From Gemmatimonadota bacterium (GTDB taxonomy: Bacteria > Gemmatimonadota > Gemmatimonadetes > Gemmatimonadales > GWC2-71-9), in the NCBI GenBank assembly GCA_039586365.1, contig JBDHKN010000019.1, forward strand, positions 1 to 53,600: a stretch of 53,600 bases of DNA, read 5' to 3'. Every line of letters begins with the position of its first letter. Positions within the stretch are counted from its first letter, which is position 1. Below are positions 37,831-48,032 of the stretch, in pieces. The translations under genes were made by a program, and so were the position numbers. The notes under the pieces were generated by a model. The model was not told where the DNA came from and did not search any database. It saw only the letters and a list, made by a program, of their open reading frames with translations.

Positions 37831-39832
37831 CGATCTTCAACCACTGATCAAACCACTCGATGTTGCGACGCATGGCGTCAAGCTGCAGCTTGGGCTCCTG
37901 AATGCCGTGAGGCTGGCGGGGGTAGACCACCATCTTGGTCGCCACGCCTTGACGTTTGAGCGCGTTGTATAGCTCGTAGCCCTGGGATATCGGCACGCGG
38001 GCATCACGCTCTCCGTGCTGGACCAACGTGGGAGTGGTCACACCCTTGACATTGAACATCGCGGAGTGGGTCCGCCAACTGTCGAACTCGTCCCAGAAAT
38101 CCCCTCCGAAGTAGTCAGGGATGAAGCCCTGAATGTCCGCAGTACCCGTGAACGACATCAGGTTGGTGACTCCGGCGCCAACCGAGGCGGCTTTGAATCT
38201 GTTCGTCTGGGTGATTATCCACGAAGTCATGAAGCCTCCGTAGCTCCAGCCCATTACTCCGAGCCGCTGCGGGTCAGCAATTCCTCGGGCGATCATTTCA
38301 TCTATGCCGGCCATGATATCGTCATAGTCGCCGCCCCCCCAATCGTTGTAGTTCGCGTAACGGAACTCCTTTCCGTAACCGCTGGAGCCCCGCACGTTGC
38401 AGCGCAGCACGGCATAACCGCGTGCAGCAAAAGCCGCGATTGGATAGGCACCTCCCCCCGCGATGAACCCCTGCACGAAAACACCCGTCGGTCCGCCATG
38501 CACGATCACGAGCAGGGGCACGCGGATTCCCTCACGGTAGCTAACCGGATACGTGAGCAGGCCTTCGATCTCTGTAGCGTCGCTCGACCGCCAGCGTACC
38601 ACTTCAGTTCTTCCGAGTGGCGCTCCTGGCAGGTCCTGGACCCAGCTGACCTGCGTGGGACGGAACCGGCCAACGGGGGTCACGTATGCCTCGGGAGGTC
38701 TCTCGGGCGCCTGCGATATGAACCCGACGTGGCTCGCCGTGGCGTTCAAGCGCACCGCGCCAACCATCATGTCAGGAGGAGAAATGTCGGTCGGGTTGCT
38801 CCCATCTAGCGCCAGAGAACTGAGACGGTTGACTGTGCGATGTGTCTCCGATATCAAAACCGTCTTACTGTCAGCCGACCAGCCTATTATCGCCGGTTGC
38901 TGATCGTAGCTGTTGGCTAGCGGTTGTGGCTGCCCGCCACTTGGATCGACCACGTTAACCCGCGAAGTGAATCCCCAGCTTGGCGGTAGGTCACTCACCG
39001 TGAATGCAATCCAGTTGCCGTCCGGCGAGTACACGGGTTGGCTCTCGGCAGCTTGTGTCACCGTTAGGGGTCGCATTGCCCCGGTCTCCACTTCAACGAT
39101 CGATATGTCTGATCGGGTCCAATCATCTACTAGCGGCGTCGGGGTGTGGGCAAACGCTATGAACCTGCTGTCCGGTGACCAGTTGAATGCATTGCCCGCG
39201 AACAGCGCGCCGACGTTGAAACTGCCCTCGGTCAACCGGCGAGCCTTCTGGCGCTTTTCTTCAGGACTGAACGGCACGACATACAGGTGAGCCGTCTTGA
39301 AGTTCTCATCCACCACTCTGGCGTCGCGCTTTTCTTCCTCAGCCTTTTCTTCCTCCTCGCTCGGTGGATCCGTCATCACAAAGGCAATACTCTCTCCATC
39401 GGGGGCGAAGCTGAACGCCGACACTCCAGTCTTCACCTCCGTGATCTGCCGCGCCTCACCACTTGCTCCAATGACCCATATGTTCGACTTCCCACCACGT
39501 GACGAGATGAATGCGATCCACTGTCCGTCCGGTGACCAAGCGGGAGCTGAAGCCGATTTCTCACCCTGCGTCAGCTGGAACGATCGGGACCCATCTGTCG
39601 CGGCAATGTGAAGGTGAGAAAGCCATTCGCTCTTTTCCCCTTCCATCACCGCCTCTGCCACTTGGAACACGACTTGATTGCCGTCCGGCGAGACTACTAC
39701 GTTGCTGATCCGTTTCACCTGCAGTGCCAGCTCCGGACTCCACTGTTCCTGTGCCGACGCAGTGAACGATCCGACCGTCAACGCAAGACATGTGACGCAG
39801 ACGGTGCGGCGAATGACCGGTATCTTTCCCAT
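37799..39832 (-). CDS. S9 family (prolyl oligopeptidase/acylaminoacyl) peptidase, secreted
   Basis: Signal peptide; WSPDG propeller repeats; HGGP, GWSYGG, HGERDARVP, QPH catalytic triad. Confidence 0.93.
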   Translation of the reverse strand: MGKIPVIRRTVCVTCLALTVGSFTASAQEQWSPELALQVKRISNVVVSPDGNQVVFQVAEAVMEGEKSEWLSHLHIAATDGSRSFQLTQGEKSASAPAWSPDGQWIAFISSRGGKSNIWVIGASGEARQITEVKTGVSAFSFAPDGESIAFVMTDPPSEEEEKAEEEKRDARVVDENFKTAHLYVVPFSPEEKRQKARRLTEGSFNVGALFAGNAFNWSPDSRFIAFAHTPTPLVDDWTRSDISIVEVETGAMRPLTVTQAAESQPVYSPDGNWIAFTVSDLPPSWGFTSRVNVVDPSGGQPQPLANSYDQQPAIIGWSADSKTVLISETHRTVNRLSSLALDGSNPTDISPPDMMVGAVRLNATASHVGFISQAPERPPEAYVTPVGRFRPTQVSWVQDLPGAPLGRTEVVRWRSSDATEIEGLLTYPVSYREGIRVPLLVIVHGGPTGVFVQGFIAGGGAYPIAAFAARGYAVLRCNVRGSSGYGKEFRYANYNDWGGGDYDDIMAGIDEMIARGIADPQRLGVMGWSYGGFMTSWIITQTNRFKAASVGAGVTNLMSFTGTADIQGFIPDYFGGDFWDEFDSWRTHSAMFNVKGVTTPTLVQHGERDARVPISQGYELYNALKRQGVATKMVVYPRQPHGIQEPKLQLDAMRRNIEWFDQWLKIGEPRAGSGER

Positions 39833-39882
39833 GGCAGGCTCCCGGGAGAAATGTTGTGAAGGCCACCTAGGCATTGTCACAG

Positions 39883-41760
39883 TCACCAGGCTATGCCGTA
39901 GTCTTCCCCGTGATGGCTCGACCCACCCCACATGGTTCCATGCTTCCAATCGAAGAAGATCGCGTTGATGGGGCCGGAGGTACGTGAGCTAAAGTCCAGG
40001 TCGTACCCCATGGCTGACAGTTCCGCGCGCACCCACGGCGGTACTGACTCGTTCAACAGCAAGCGGCCCGGGCTCGACGCGTGAGCACCAAACGAGCTCC
40101 TCATCTGAAAGCTGTTGATGTTCGCCGCCTCCGCCGACTGTTGCACGTCCATTCCGAACTCCACGACGTTCAAAAAGAACTGCAGCAGGTTCTGGTCTTG
40201 CGAATCACCCCCCTGCACGGCAAACGACAGGTACGGCTTGCCGTCTTTCAACGCTAGACTGGGTGTGAGAGTTGCCCGCGGCCTCTTGCCTGGTTCGACT
40301 ACGTTGAACGGATTGAGTCTCTCGTCCAGCACGAAGCTCTGCATCCGCTGGCTCATACCCACTCCCGTGCGTCCCGCTATGGTCGCCGGGACCCAGCCAC
40401 CGCTCGGCGTGATAGATACCACCCAACCTGATTCGTCGGCGGCCTGTATCGAGGTGGTTCCCGCGTAGAAGCTCTCCTCAAACGACATCTCGGCTTGTCC
40501 AGCCGAACCCTCCGGAGTCGCAGTAGTCGTATCGGTGTTCCATTGCTCCAAAAGATGCAGGTAGGGATTCTGCCCCCCCTGGAATGGGTAGGGATCGCCC
40601 GGCTTCACGTCGGGATCGTTGCGTTCCCAGTTGATCTGCCGGAACCGCTCTCGCGCGTAGTCTTTGGACAACAGACCGTCGATAGGCTCCTCAGGTGGAT
40701 AGTACGGATCGCCGTAGTAGAAGTCTCGATCGGCAAACGCCAGGTTCATCGCCTGGTAGAGAGCGTGGATGTACCTGGTGCTGTTGTAGCCCAGCGACTT
40801 CATGTCAACGTTCTCGACAATATTGAGCGCCTGTAGCAGGACCGGCCCCTGCACCCAGCTGGTCAGCTTGTAGACCTCTATGCCCTTGTACGTTGTCATC
40901 ACGGGTTCTTCGATATAGACCTGCCAGTTGTTTAAGTCCGCCATCGTGTGCAGTCCGCCCTGCTCCTGCGAGCCCCTGACGTACTCTTCAGCTATGTCCC
41001 CTTTGTAGAAGCGGTCGTACGCCTCGTAGATGGCTTCCCTGCGGCTCTTGCCCTGAGCTAACGCCTGCTGCTCAGCGTCGACGAGTTTCTGCAGTGTGGC
41101 TGCCAGATCGGGTTGCCGGAATACTTCTCCCGGGTAGGGAGCCTCGCGCTCTTCACCTAGGTGCGGTAGATAAACGGCCTTGGAATAGGACCACCGCTTG
41201 ATCCTCTCCTTGTTGCGTTCAATCGAATTGGCCGCTTGCGCTTCGATGGCATAGCCCTCTGCCATCTGGATCGACGGCTGGAGTACTTGCTGAAGACTCA
41301 TGGTACCGTACTCCGCCAGCATCACCATCAGCCCGCCCGGCGTACCCGGCGTCACTGCCGCCAGCGGCCCGTATGCCGGTGGATACTCCATGTTCTCCTG
41401 GCGGAAAAACTCCGGCGTGGCTCCTGTCGGGGCCACTCCCAGGGCATTGATCCCGATAACCTTGCCGGTGTTGGGATTGTAGATCAGGGCCTGTGTCTCA
41501 CCACCCCAACTCAATACGTCCCACATCGTCGAGGTGGCACCCAGCATCGCGCAGGCGGCATCGACGGCATTCCCACCTTGCTGGAACATCATGGCACCGG
41601 CCGTCGCGCCGAGTGGCTTGCCGGTGATCGCCACCCAATGCTTGCCATGTAGGACCGGCTTGAAGGTCCGCTGTGCAGCACCATTCGACGGCAGCACAGC
41701 GAACATCGGAAGCAGCAGGATCCACAGTCTGATCCAAGCCAACGCCGTGTTACAACGCAT
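39883..41760 (-). CDS. ggt: Gamma-glutamyltransferase family protein (Ntn hydrolase), secreted
   Basis: GGNAVDAAC, PGTPGG, AFADRD, GTTSIQAAD, PGKRPRATLTP, QGGD. Confidence 0.9.
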   Translation of the reverse strand: MRCNTALAWIRLWILLLPMFAVLPSNGAAQRTFKPVLHGKHWVAITGKPLGATAGAMMFQQGGNAVDAACAMLGATSTMWDVLSWGGETQALIYNPNTGKVIGINALGVAPTGATPEFFRQENMEYPPAYGPLAAVTPGTPGGLMVMLAEYGTMSLQQVLQPSIQMAEGYAIEAQAANSIERNKERIKRWSYSKAVYLPHLGEEREAPYPGEVFRQPDLAATLQKLVDAEQQALAQGKSRREAIYEAYDRFYKGDIAEEYVRGSQEQGGLHTMADLNNWQVYIEEPVMTTYKGIEVYKLTSWVQGPVLLQALNIVENVDMKSLGYNSTRYIHALYQAMNLAFADRDFYYGDPYYPPEEPIDGLLSKDYARERFRQINWERNDPDVKPGDPYPFQGGQNPYLHLLEQWNTDTTTATPEGSAGQAEMSFEESFYAGTTSIQAADESGWVVSITPSGGWVPATIAGRTGVGMSQRMQSFVLDERLNPFNVVEPGKRPRATLTPSLALKDGKPYLSFAVQGGDSQDQNLLQFFLNVVEFGMDVQQSAEAANINSFQMRSSFGAHASSPGRLLLNESVPPWVRAELSAMGYDLDFSSRTSGPINAIFFDWKHGTMWGGSSHHGEDYGIAW

Positions 41761-41786
41761 CTTTCCCCCTAAGACCTAAGAAGAGT

Positions 41787-41849
41787 GGGAGCCGGGAGCG
41801 GAGAGCAGGGAGCCGGGTCTCCGCTCCCAGCTCCCGGCTCTCAGCTCCC
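41787..41849. repeat. Heptamer tandem inverted repeat element
   Basis: GGGAGCC GGGAGCG GAGAGCA GGGAGCC GGGTCTC CGCTCCC AGCTCCC GGCTCTC AGCTCCC. Confidence 0.8.
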
Positions 41850-41856
41850 TCCAAAC

Positions 41857-42594
41857 TCAGCTCATTTCCCGTACCCGTACTTCGATCCCCTTCTCCTGCT
41901 CCAGGAGCTTAACCAACTCGGACGCATCGGTATTCCCGTAATGATATGGGTAGAGGATCTTGGGCCTGAACGCCTTCGCCGCTTCCGCTACCATCTCCGG
42001 CGTCATGGTGTAAGGCAAGTTCATCGGCAGGAACGCTATGTCTATGTCCTGCAACCGCTTCATTTCGGGAACATTCTCCGTGTCACCAGCGACATAGACC
42101 CGTTTGTCACCAAACGTGACCACATATCCGTTGCCATCCCCCTTGGGGTGATACGGCTGACCGTTGTCACGCTGGTGCACGATGTTGTACGCGGGAACCG
42201 CCTCGACGCTCAGGCCAGCGACCGTCCGTACCGCCCAGTTCTCCAGCACGATCGCGGTGTCGACGCTCGCGGAGCAATCACGCGATACCACCAATTCGCT
42301 CCGATCAGTAGTTACGTGCCCTATTGCTTCCAGGTCGAGGTGATCCCCGTGACGGTGAGTCACCAGAATGACAGCGGCCTTGGGCAGCTTTGTATAGTCC
42401 GCTTCGCGCATGACGGGATCCACGTGGACTACCGTGCCCCCGAACGTGAACATCAGGGTACCGTGACCGATGAAGGAAATCACCAGATCTCCAGCCGATG
42501 TCTCGATCACGTCCTGCTGGAAAGGCTCTTGCGCCGTGGCTGCGACCGGTAACAGCACGAGCCATAGGGCTAGCAGCGTGGCGGACTTGCGCAT
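41857..42594 (-). CDS. MBL-fold metallo-hydrolase, secreted
   Basis: Signal peptide; GHGT, THRHGDHLD, YHPKG, AGDT, PYHYG. Confidence 0.92.
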   Translation of the reverse strand: MRKSATLLALWLVLLPVAATAQEPFQQDVIETSAGDLVISFIGHGTLMFTFGGTVVHVDPVMREADYTKLPKAAVILVTHRHGDHLDLEAIGHVTTDRSELVVSRDCSASVDTAIVLENWAVRTVAGLSVEAVPAYNIVHQRDNGQPYHPKGDGNGYVVTFGDKRVYVAGDTENVPEMKRLQDIDIAFLPMNLPYTMTPEMVAEAAKAFRPKILYPYHYGNTDASELVKLLEQEKGIEVRVREMS

Positions 42595-42797
42595 TTCCTG
42601 ACCTCACTAGGGGAATGGGAGAAGACACATGCCTGCTGGCCAACACGCCTGACACGTGCAGCTCACCGGATGCCGATCCTTGTCAGGCACGTGAAAGCTA
42701 GAGGCTGCACAACAGTGAGACCAGCCCGATTCGCCAGAATACGAGAGCTTTTGAGCAACAGTACACCGCTCTGCTACACGTTTACGATTCGATTTTC

Positions 42798-42902
42798 TGT
42801 GGAGTCTTGCGGAGAACGGTTTCGCACAACTCCACACCCTGTGGAAAAGCCCCGTACACCAGCGTAACAACCAGGGCAAAGAGTTCCACACAGTGTGAAA
42901 AA
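42798..42902. promoter_or_regulatory. Cluster of DnaA-box-like nonamers
   Basis: Two exact TTWTNCACA matches on the minus strand (42840-42848, 42894-42902), plus TTTCGCACA (42820-42828), AGTTCCACA (42882-42890) and weaker copies. Confidence 0.45.
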
Positions 42903-43065
42903 ACCACTTGTCACCGAACAAACGACGGCGCTTGCTACGCCCCGTACGTGCATTACCTTGCACTCGCTTGAACGCTCAACTCGAGCTGATCATAGAGACG
43001 GATTCTCGCGTACTGCCCGTTCCTCGGCCACCCCTCTTGACCGGGGACCTGTATCGACTGAGTCA

Positions 43066-43359
43066 ATGGACGACTACTCACAGCTTGGTAGAGAGAAGCT
43101 ACATAAACAGGCGCAGTGCGACCTCGATTTCATCCGTTGCCCCCTGGACAGCGCGATCATGGTCATAACCGGTGGTGTGGCAGGGCGAACTGAGGATGGC
43201 AAGGTCACCTACCGCGGATTCGAACGTTATCCGATCAGTTCCAAATGGACAGTCGTCAGGGTCGACCTCGAGTGTTCAGCCTGCCGACGCCGCATCTGCG
43301 ACCTACCGATAGGCGAGGAATCACCCGGCCCGGTTCCGGCCGCGCAGGCACAGCACTAG
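43066..43359 (+). CDS. Small hypothetical protein, possible Zn-ribbon
   Basis: MDDYSQ...IRCPLD...LECSACRR; stop overlaps the convergent gene stop. Confidence 0.55.
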   Translation: MDDYSQLGREKLHKQAQCDLDFIRCPLDSAIMVITGGVAGRTEDGKVTYRGFERYPISSKWTVVRVDLECSACRRRICDLPIGEESPGPVPAAQAQH

Positions 43360-44510
43360 AACACCTCTCCCAAACTCAAATAGAAACCGGAAGAGCCAAC
43401 ATCGAATCCTCGGCCAAAGTCCGCCCTAATATTCAGACCTTCCTGGGGACTCAGTAGAATCCGGAGACCCAGACCGGCAGACGCTTTGAAACCACCTACT
43501 TCGAAATCTGCGACCCTGGATGCCACCTGCCCTGCCCCCACGAAAGCTACCGCCCCGATCCTCCACCAGAGGTTGGCTCGGTATTCCGCTTGCAGCGCCA
43601 CCATATCTTTGTCCCTGAAACGCCCGATGTAGTAGCCCCGGAGCAGCAGATCGCCACCCAGCATGGCCAGCCGCTCGAATGGCGGGCTGCCTGCGGTTCC
43701 GACTCCGTAAACCCGCATAGCAAGCACGTGTCCCTCACGAGGGGAGAGATACTTCCGGAAGTCAAGCGACAGTGTTCCGTACTCGTAGTCGCTCCCGAAG
43801 ACCCCGTCGAACAACATTGCCCTGATCTGATGGAAGCTCCCCGACTGCGGGAACGTCGTGTTGATCCGCGTATCTCGCGCCACCGACAGGCCAACTCCCA
43901 GAATATTACCGTCTTCGGTACCAGGGACGGTGCCGGTATCAAACACACCACCCGGCTCCACTTCGAGCAACTTGCGATGAGCGGCCTGGCCAATCACACC
44001 CGCATACCAACCCGGCGCAAGCTGTCTATGCAGTTCCAACATGATGTCGAAAGTACCAGGGGTGTAATTCGTGGAGTCTTCCTCCGGGGTGTGGTTCCCG
44101 ATACCCCAGAACTTGGTGGCAAACCTGGTGTATCCCAGGAGACCGGTCAGCCGGTAGCGTCCTCTGGCAGGGTTGAGCTCCGTCCGGAGCTGAGTGATAA
44201 CCTGCTTCTTGGAGGTGTATATCAATATGGGGAAGACGTAGGAGGGTAGGTTTCGCCCCGCCGCATCCGGTTGAGGTGCGCCCGAAGGACGGAAGTAGTA
44301 GCCAACAATGGCGCCGAACCCCACGCCCGTCTCGGGCATATAGAACAAGACCGGCACTGGGACCAAGGTGTTGCCGCGCGCAGCCGTGGTAGCCTCCGTG
44401 CCCACCGAGTCGCGGGGAGTTGTCTGCTGGGCCCAGACCCCGGCCGTGGGACCCGCCAAGCACGTGACGACCGCGACTGCGGTCAGGACCTGGGCGAGTC
44501 TACTGAGCAT
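43356..44510 (-). CDS. BamA/TamA (Omp85) family barrel-only outer membrane protein
   Basis: Signal peptide; PVLFYMPETG, RDTR, LGGDLLLRGY..GRFRD, C-terminal GEVF. Confidence 0.85.
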   Translation of the reverse strand: MLSRLAQVLTAVAVVTCLAGPTAGVWAQQTTPRDSVGTEATTAARGNTLVPVPVLFYMPETGVGFGAIVGYYFRPSGAPQPDAAGRNLPSYVFPILIYTSKKQVITQLRTELNPARGRYRLTGLLGYTRFATKFWGIGNHTPEEDSTNYTPGTFDIMLELHRQLAPGWYAGVIGQAAHRKLLEVEPGGVFDTGTVPGTEDGNILGVGLSVARDTRINTTFPQSGSFHQIRAMLFDGVFGSDYEYGTLSLDFRKYLSPREGHVLAMRVYGVGTAGSPPFERLAMLGGDLLLRGYYIGRFRDKDMVALQAEYRANLWWRIGAVAFVGAGQVASRVADFEVGGFKASAGLGLRILLSPQEGLNIRADFGRGFDVGSSGFYLSLGEVF

Positions 44511-44523
44511 CAGCAGTATCCAC

Positions 44524-45420
44524 TCACCCGATCAGAACCGCGAGCACCAGGCTCAGCGCCAGCAACGAGTTCGTAGCCAGATTCCACACCACGTTCGCGC
44601 CGAGCGCGGGGATCGGGACGGGCAGCGCAGTATCGCCGAAGGCCCATCGCAGTGGCTTCACCAGCAAGAGCGACGGCAGAGCGGCAACGAGAGACACTGG
44701 CGGCAAAGCGCTGATTGCCACTGCCACAACGATCGCAAGCGGAGTGAGTAGCGCCGCTGCCGCGTAGATCCGAGCCGCCATCGGCCGGCCGAACAGCAGC
44801 ACCAGGTTGCGGCGACCGCCGCTTTGGTCCGCCGTCTCGTCAGGGAACTCGTTGAGCAGCAGCAGATTGAAAGTCATGAAGGTTGCCGGGATCGCGGCGG
44901 CAACCGCCGCCGGACCCAACAAGCCATCCTGCACCAGCGCCGTCCCGGCTACTGGAAGCCCGCCGAGCCCGAGACCAGCGGCGATCTCACCCAAACCGAT
45001 GCGCGCTAGCCCGTCCGTGTAGCCCAGGACGAACACGGCCCCCAAGATCATGAACGGAACCAGGACGATGCCCACCTCACTGAGCAGCCACAGCCCTGCG
45101 GCGAGTCCGACGGCGGCCCAACTGAGACCGAACGCCAGGGTAGATCCCCGTGAGATCGCACCCGAGGGCAAGGTGCCGCTCCCGCCGGAGAACGGTGTGC
45201 GTTCAGTGCGTAAGTCGATCCCGGTCCGAAAGTCACTCCACTCATTCAGCACATTGACGGCAATGTGCAGTGCAGTCAGTCCGACCAGCGCCACCATCGT
45301 GTGAGGCCAGCTGAAACGTCCTTCATGAGCCGCAGCGGCTGCGCCCGCTGCCACCAGGGTGATGGGGAGTACAAGGAACGGTACGCGAGCGACACCCGCA
45401 AAAGCCTGAATGTTTGCCAT
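44524..45420 (-). CDS. menA: UbiA-family prenyltransferase, MenA-like
   Basis: NVLNEWSDFRTGID, TPFSGGSG, NEFPDETAD..GGRRNL. Confidence 0.8.
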   Translation of the reverse strand: MANIQAFAGVARVPFLVLPITLVAAGAAAAAHEGRFSWPHTMVALVGLTALHIAVNVLNEWSDFRTGIDLRTERTPFSGGSGTLPSGAISRGSTLAFGLSWAAVGLAAGLWLLSEVGIVLVPFMILGAVFVLGYTDGLARIGLGEIAAGLGLGGLPVAGTALVQDGLLGPAAVAAAIPATFMTFNLLLLNEFPDETADQSGGRRNLVLLFGRPMAARIYAAAALLTPLAIVVAVAISALPPVSLVAALPSLLLVKPLRWAFGDTALPVPIPALGANVVWNLATNSLLALSLVLAVLIG

Positions 45421-45523
45421 TACCCTCGAGTCCTCACCTGTAGGGGCTACGCCTGAGAGGGCTCAAGCTATCCGGCCTCGGTAGCGGAGGCAACAGTGCC
45501 CCTCCCTTCAGCTTGCCCGCGCG

Positions 45524-47242
45524 TCACCCGCCCCCGGCGAGCAGATCCCTAGCGCCCACGATATAGATCACGACCAGGCCGAGAATCCCGACGACCGCCA
45601 GGTAGTAAACAGTCGGGAGAACCGTTTTACGTAGCGTAGAGACTTCCTGCCCCAGCAAGCCCACTGCTGCCGACGCGGCCACTACGTTGTGGATGGCAAT
45701 CATGTTGCCTGCCGCTGCACCTACGGCTTGCAGCGCCACGATCACGGCACCGCTCATCGCCAACTGCGTGGCGACCCCGTGTTGGAACAGGCTGAACATC
45801 AAGTTGCTGACCGTGTTGCTGCCGGCGATGAACGCACCGAGCGCTCCGATACTCGGAGCAAACAGCGGCCAGACCCCGCCAACATTGTCGGCAACCCATG
45901 TCGCCATGACAATGGGCATGGACGGCAGGGTTCCACCGCCCGCATACTCATAAGAGTTGACGCCCGAATTGATGTACACGCGTACCATCGGCACTGTGAA
46001 CAGCAGTACGAATCCCGCACCCAGGATGATCCGAGACGAATCGTGTAGGGCGGCTGCGATCTGCCGTCGGCTCATGCGGTGGAGAACCCACGTAGTCATT
46101 ACTGCCACCAGGAGCATGGCGGCCGGAAGATACAAGGGCGTTGTCGCGCCGCTGATGCCGGTGGAGAAGATGTCATTCCAGCTGACTCTGACTGACTGCA
46201 GCCATGCCCCCACAGGCAGCTGTCGCAGCCGCGTCAGCACCAGCAACCCCGCCAGCACTGCGTACGGTGCCCAAGCCCGTGCCGTCCCTATGCGTGGTGC
46301 GTCAGCTACTTTCTGTAGCGTTCCGCTGCCACCCCCGTTCCACTCAGCGGGCCAACCGGCTGCCGCTGGGAAATCCCAGGTGTCCCGCGGTATCAAGAAG
46401 CCACGTTGCGCCGCGAACGTCACAACCATGAGCCCGATTGCCGCCCCCAACAGCGACGGGAACTCCGGTCCCAACAGAATGCCAGTCAATGTGTAGGGAA
46501 TGGTGAACGCCAGCCCTCCAAACAGCGCGAACGGCACAATTGCCAGACCTTCAGTCCAGGACTTCGTCGCCCCGAAGAACCGGGTCATCATCACGACCAT
46601 CAACGTGGGCATCAAGGTGCCGGTGATACCGTGGAAACACACTGCGTACGCCGTGATGTACTGCCTGTACTCCACGAACGTGAGGCCAACCGCACTGAGT
46701 TGCGCGTCCAGTTCAGGACTGGACAGCCCCTGATGAACTCCGATCAGGATCGGAGTACCGACGGCCCCGAAGGTGACCGCGGTGCTCTGGATCATCATTC
46801 CGAGCATCACGGCCGCCGCGGCCGGAAAACCCAAGGCGACCATGAGTGGGGCGGCCACCGCGGCAGGAGTCCCGAATCCAGCCGCGCCCTCGATGAACGA
46901 GCCAAACAACCACCCGATGATCACTACCTGCACGCGCCGATCGTCGCTGATACCGTGAAAACTGCGACGGATCGCTGCTACTCCTCCCGAATGCTCCAGG
47001 GTCTTGAGCAGTAGTATGGCGCCGAAGATGATGAGCAGGATGTCCAACGTGACGAAGAGTCCCTGTACGCTCGAGGCGGCGATGTGCCTCGCGTCCATGC
47101 GCCAGACGCCCCAAGCCAGGACGACCGCTGCGACATACACTGCGGGCATGGCCCACTTGGCGGGCAGGCGGAATCCAACCAACAGCACCGCAGCCAGCAG
47201 AATGGGTGCGATGGCAACTACAGCAAGGACGGTCAGACTCAT
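45524..47242 (-). CDS. lctP: L-lactate permease
   Basis: [49 protein letters not shown]. Confidence 0.93.
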   Translation of the reverse strand: MSLTVLAVVAIAPILLAAVLLVGFRLPAKWAMPAVYVAAVVLAWGVWRMDARHIAASSVQGLFVTLDILLIIFGAILLLKTLEHSGGVAAIRRSFHGISDDRRVQVVIIGWLFGSFIEGAAGFGTPAAVAAPLMVALGFPAAAAVMLGMMIQSTAVTFGAVGTPILIGVHQGLSSPELDAQLSAVGLTFVEYRQYITAYAVCFHGITGTLMPTLMVVMMTRFFGATKSWTEGLAIVPFALFGGLAFTIPYTLTGILLGPEFPSLLGAAIGLMVVTFAAQRGFLIPRDTWDFPAAAGWPAEWNGGGSGTLQKVADAPRIGTARAWAPYAVLAGLLVLTRLRQLPVGAWLQSVRVSWNDIFSTGISGATTPLYLPAAMLLVAVMTTWVLHRMSRRQIAAALHDSSRIILGAGFVLLFTVPMVRVYINSGVNSYEYAGGGTLPSMPIVMATWVADNVGGVWPLFAPSIGALGAFIAGSNTVSNLMFSLFQHGVATQLAMSGAVIVALQAVGAAAGNMIAIHNVVAASAAVGLLGQEVSTLRKTVLPTVYYLAVVGILGLVVIYIVGARDLLAGGG

Positions 47243-47297
47243 CTAGCGCCGCGCTCCACCAGTCGGGTCTCGGCCACAGTGAATCCCTCCGAATTGG

Positions 47298-48032
47298 TCA
47301 GCGATCGTCGTTGTAGAGAATGGCGTGTACGACTTTGGGTCCGTGGACACCGAGTGTGAGAGTCAACTCGATGTCCGCCGACTTGCTGGGCCCCGTGATG
47401 AAGGCAATCTGACCGCTCCCCCTCAGGAACGTGCCCAGATCGCCCTCCTTCCGCAGCAACTCCAACCAAGCCTCGATCGTCGGATATAACCGGCTCAGCG
47501 GAATGATCAAGAGATGGTGCAACGGCAGCAGAGCGGCAGCACGGCTTTTGCCTGGCCCCGGTGCTACAACGACCGCGCCGGTACTCGCGAAAGCCGCGTC
47601 TACAGATGTCAGCCCCACCGACCGTGCCGCCGCGCGATCACGACTCTCCCGGTCGTACAGGTCATGGGGTATCAGTAGCTTGATCCCGGCCGCCTCGAGC
47701 CGTTGCTCCAGCTGCGGCACGGGAATCTGGTCGGGAGCCCAGCTCAGCACTTCACGAGCCGTTACATCCCACTCTCGGATCAAAGCAACCACCCGCTCAG
47801 CTACTTGTTCCGGCCGCTCAGCGAGGTCGTATCCCCCGTTCAGACGTTCCAGCTTCGCCCCAAACACGCGAGCCAACGCCACTCTGTCTCTTCCCCCACC
47901 AGTCACCGGGCTGGGCACTGCCGGCATGTCCCGTCGTGCCCCGCTGGCGCGGAACAGTTGCTCCGACCCAGCCAAAGACGTCCTCAGCCGACTCAGTATG
48001 GCGTCTCGCGCGCTCCGGGAGTCGTGCTTCAT
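47298..48032 (-). CDS. lutC: Lactate utilization protein C (LUD domain)
   Basis: ASTGAVV, SLLP-like ALLPLHH, ITGPSKSADIELTLTLGVHGP. Confidence 0.92.
   Translation of the reverse strand: MKHDSRSARDAILSRLRTSLAGSEQLFRASGARRDMPAVPSPVTGGGRDRVALARVFGAKLERLNGGYDLAERPEQVAERVVALIREWDVTAREVLSWAPDQIPVPQLEQRLEAAGIKLLIPHDLYDRESRDRAAARSVGLTSVDAAFASTGAVVVAPGPGKSRAAALLPLHHLLIIPLSRLYPTIEAWLELLRKEGDLGTFLRGSGQIAFITGPSKSADIELTLTLGVHGPKVVHAILYNDDR

Noticed and set aside
42600..43060. oriC
   Set aside because: No dnaA/dnaN/rpmH/gidA context and no clear DUE; kept only as a DnaA-box cluster.
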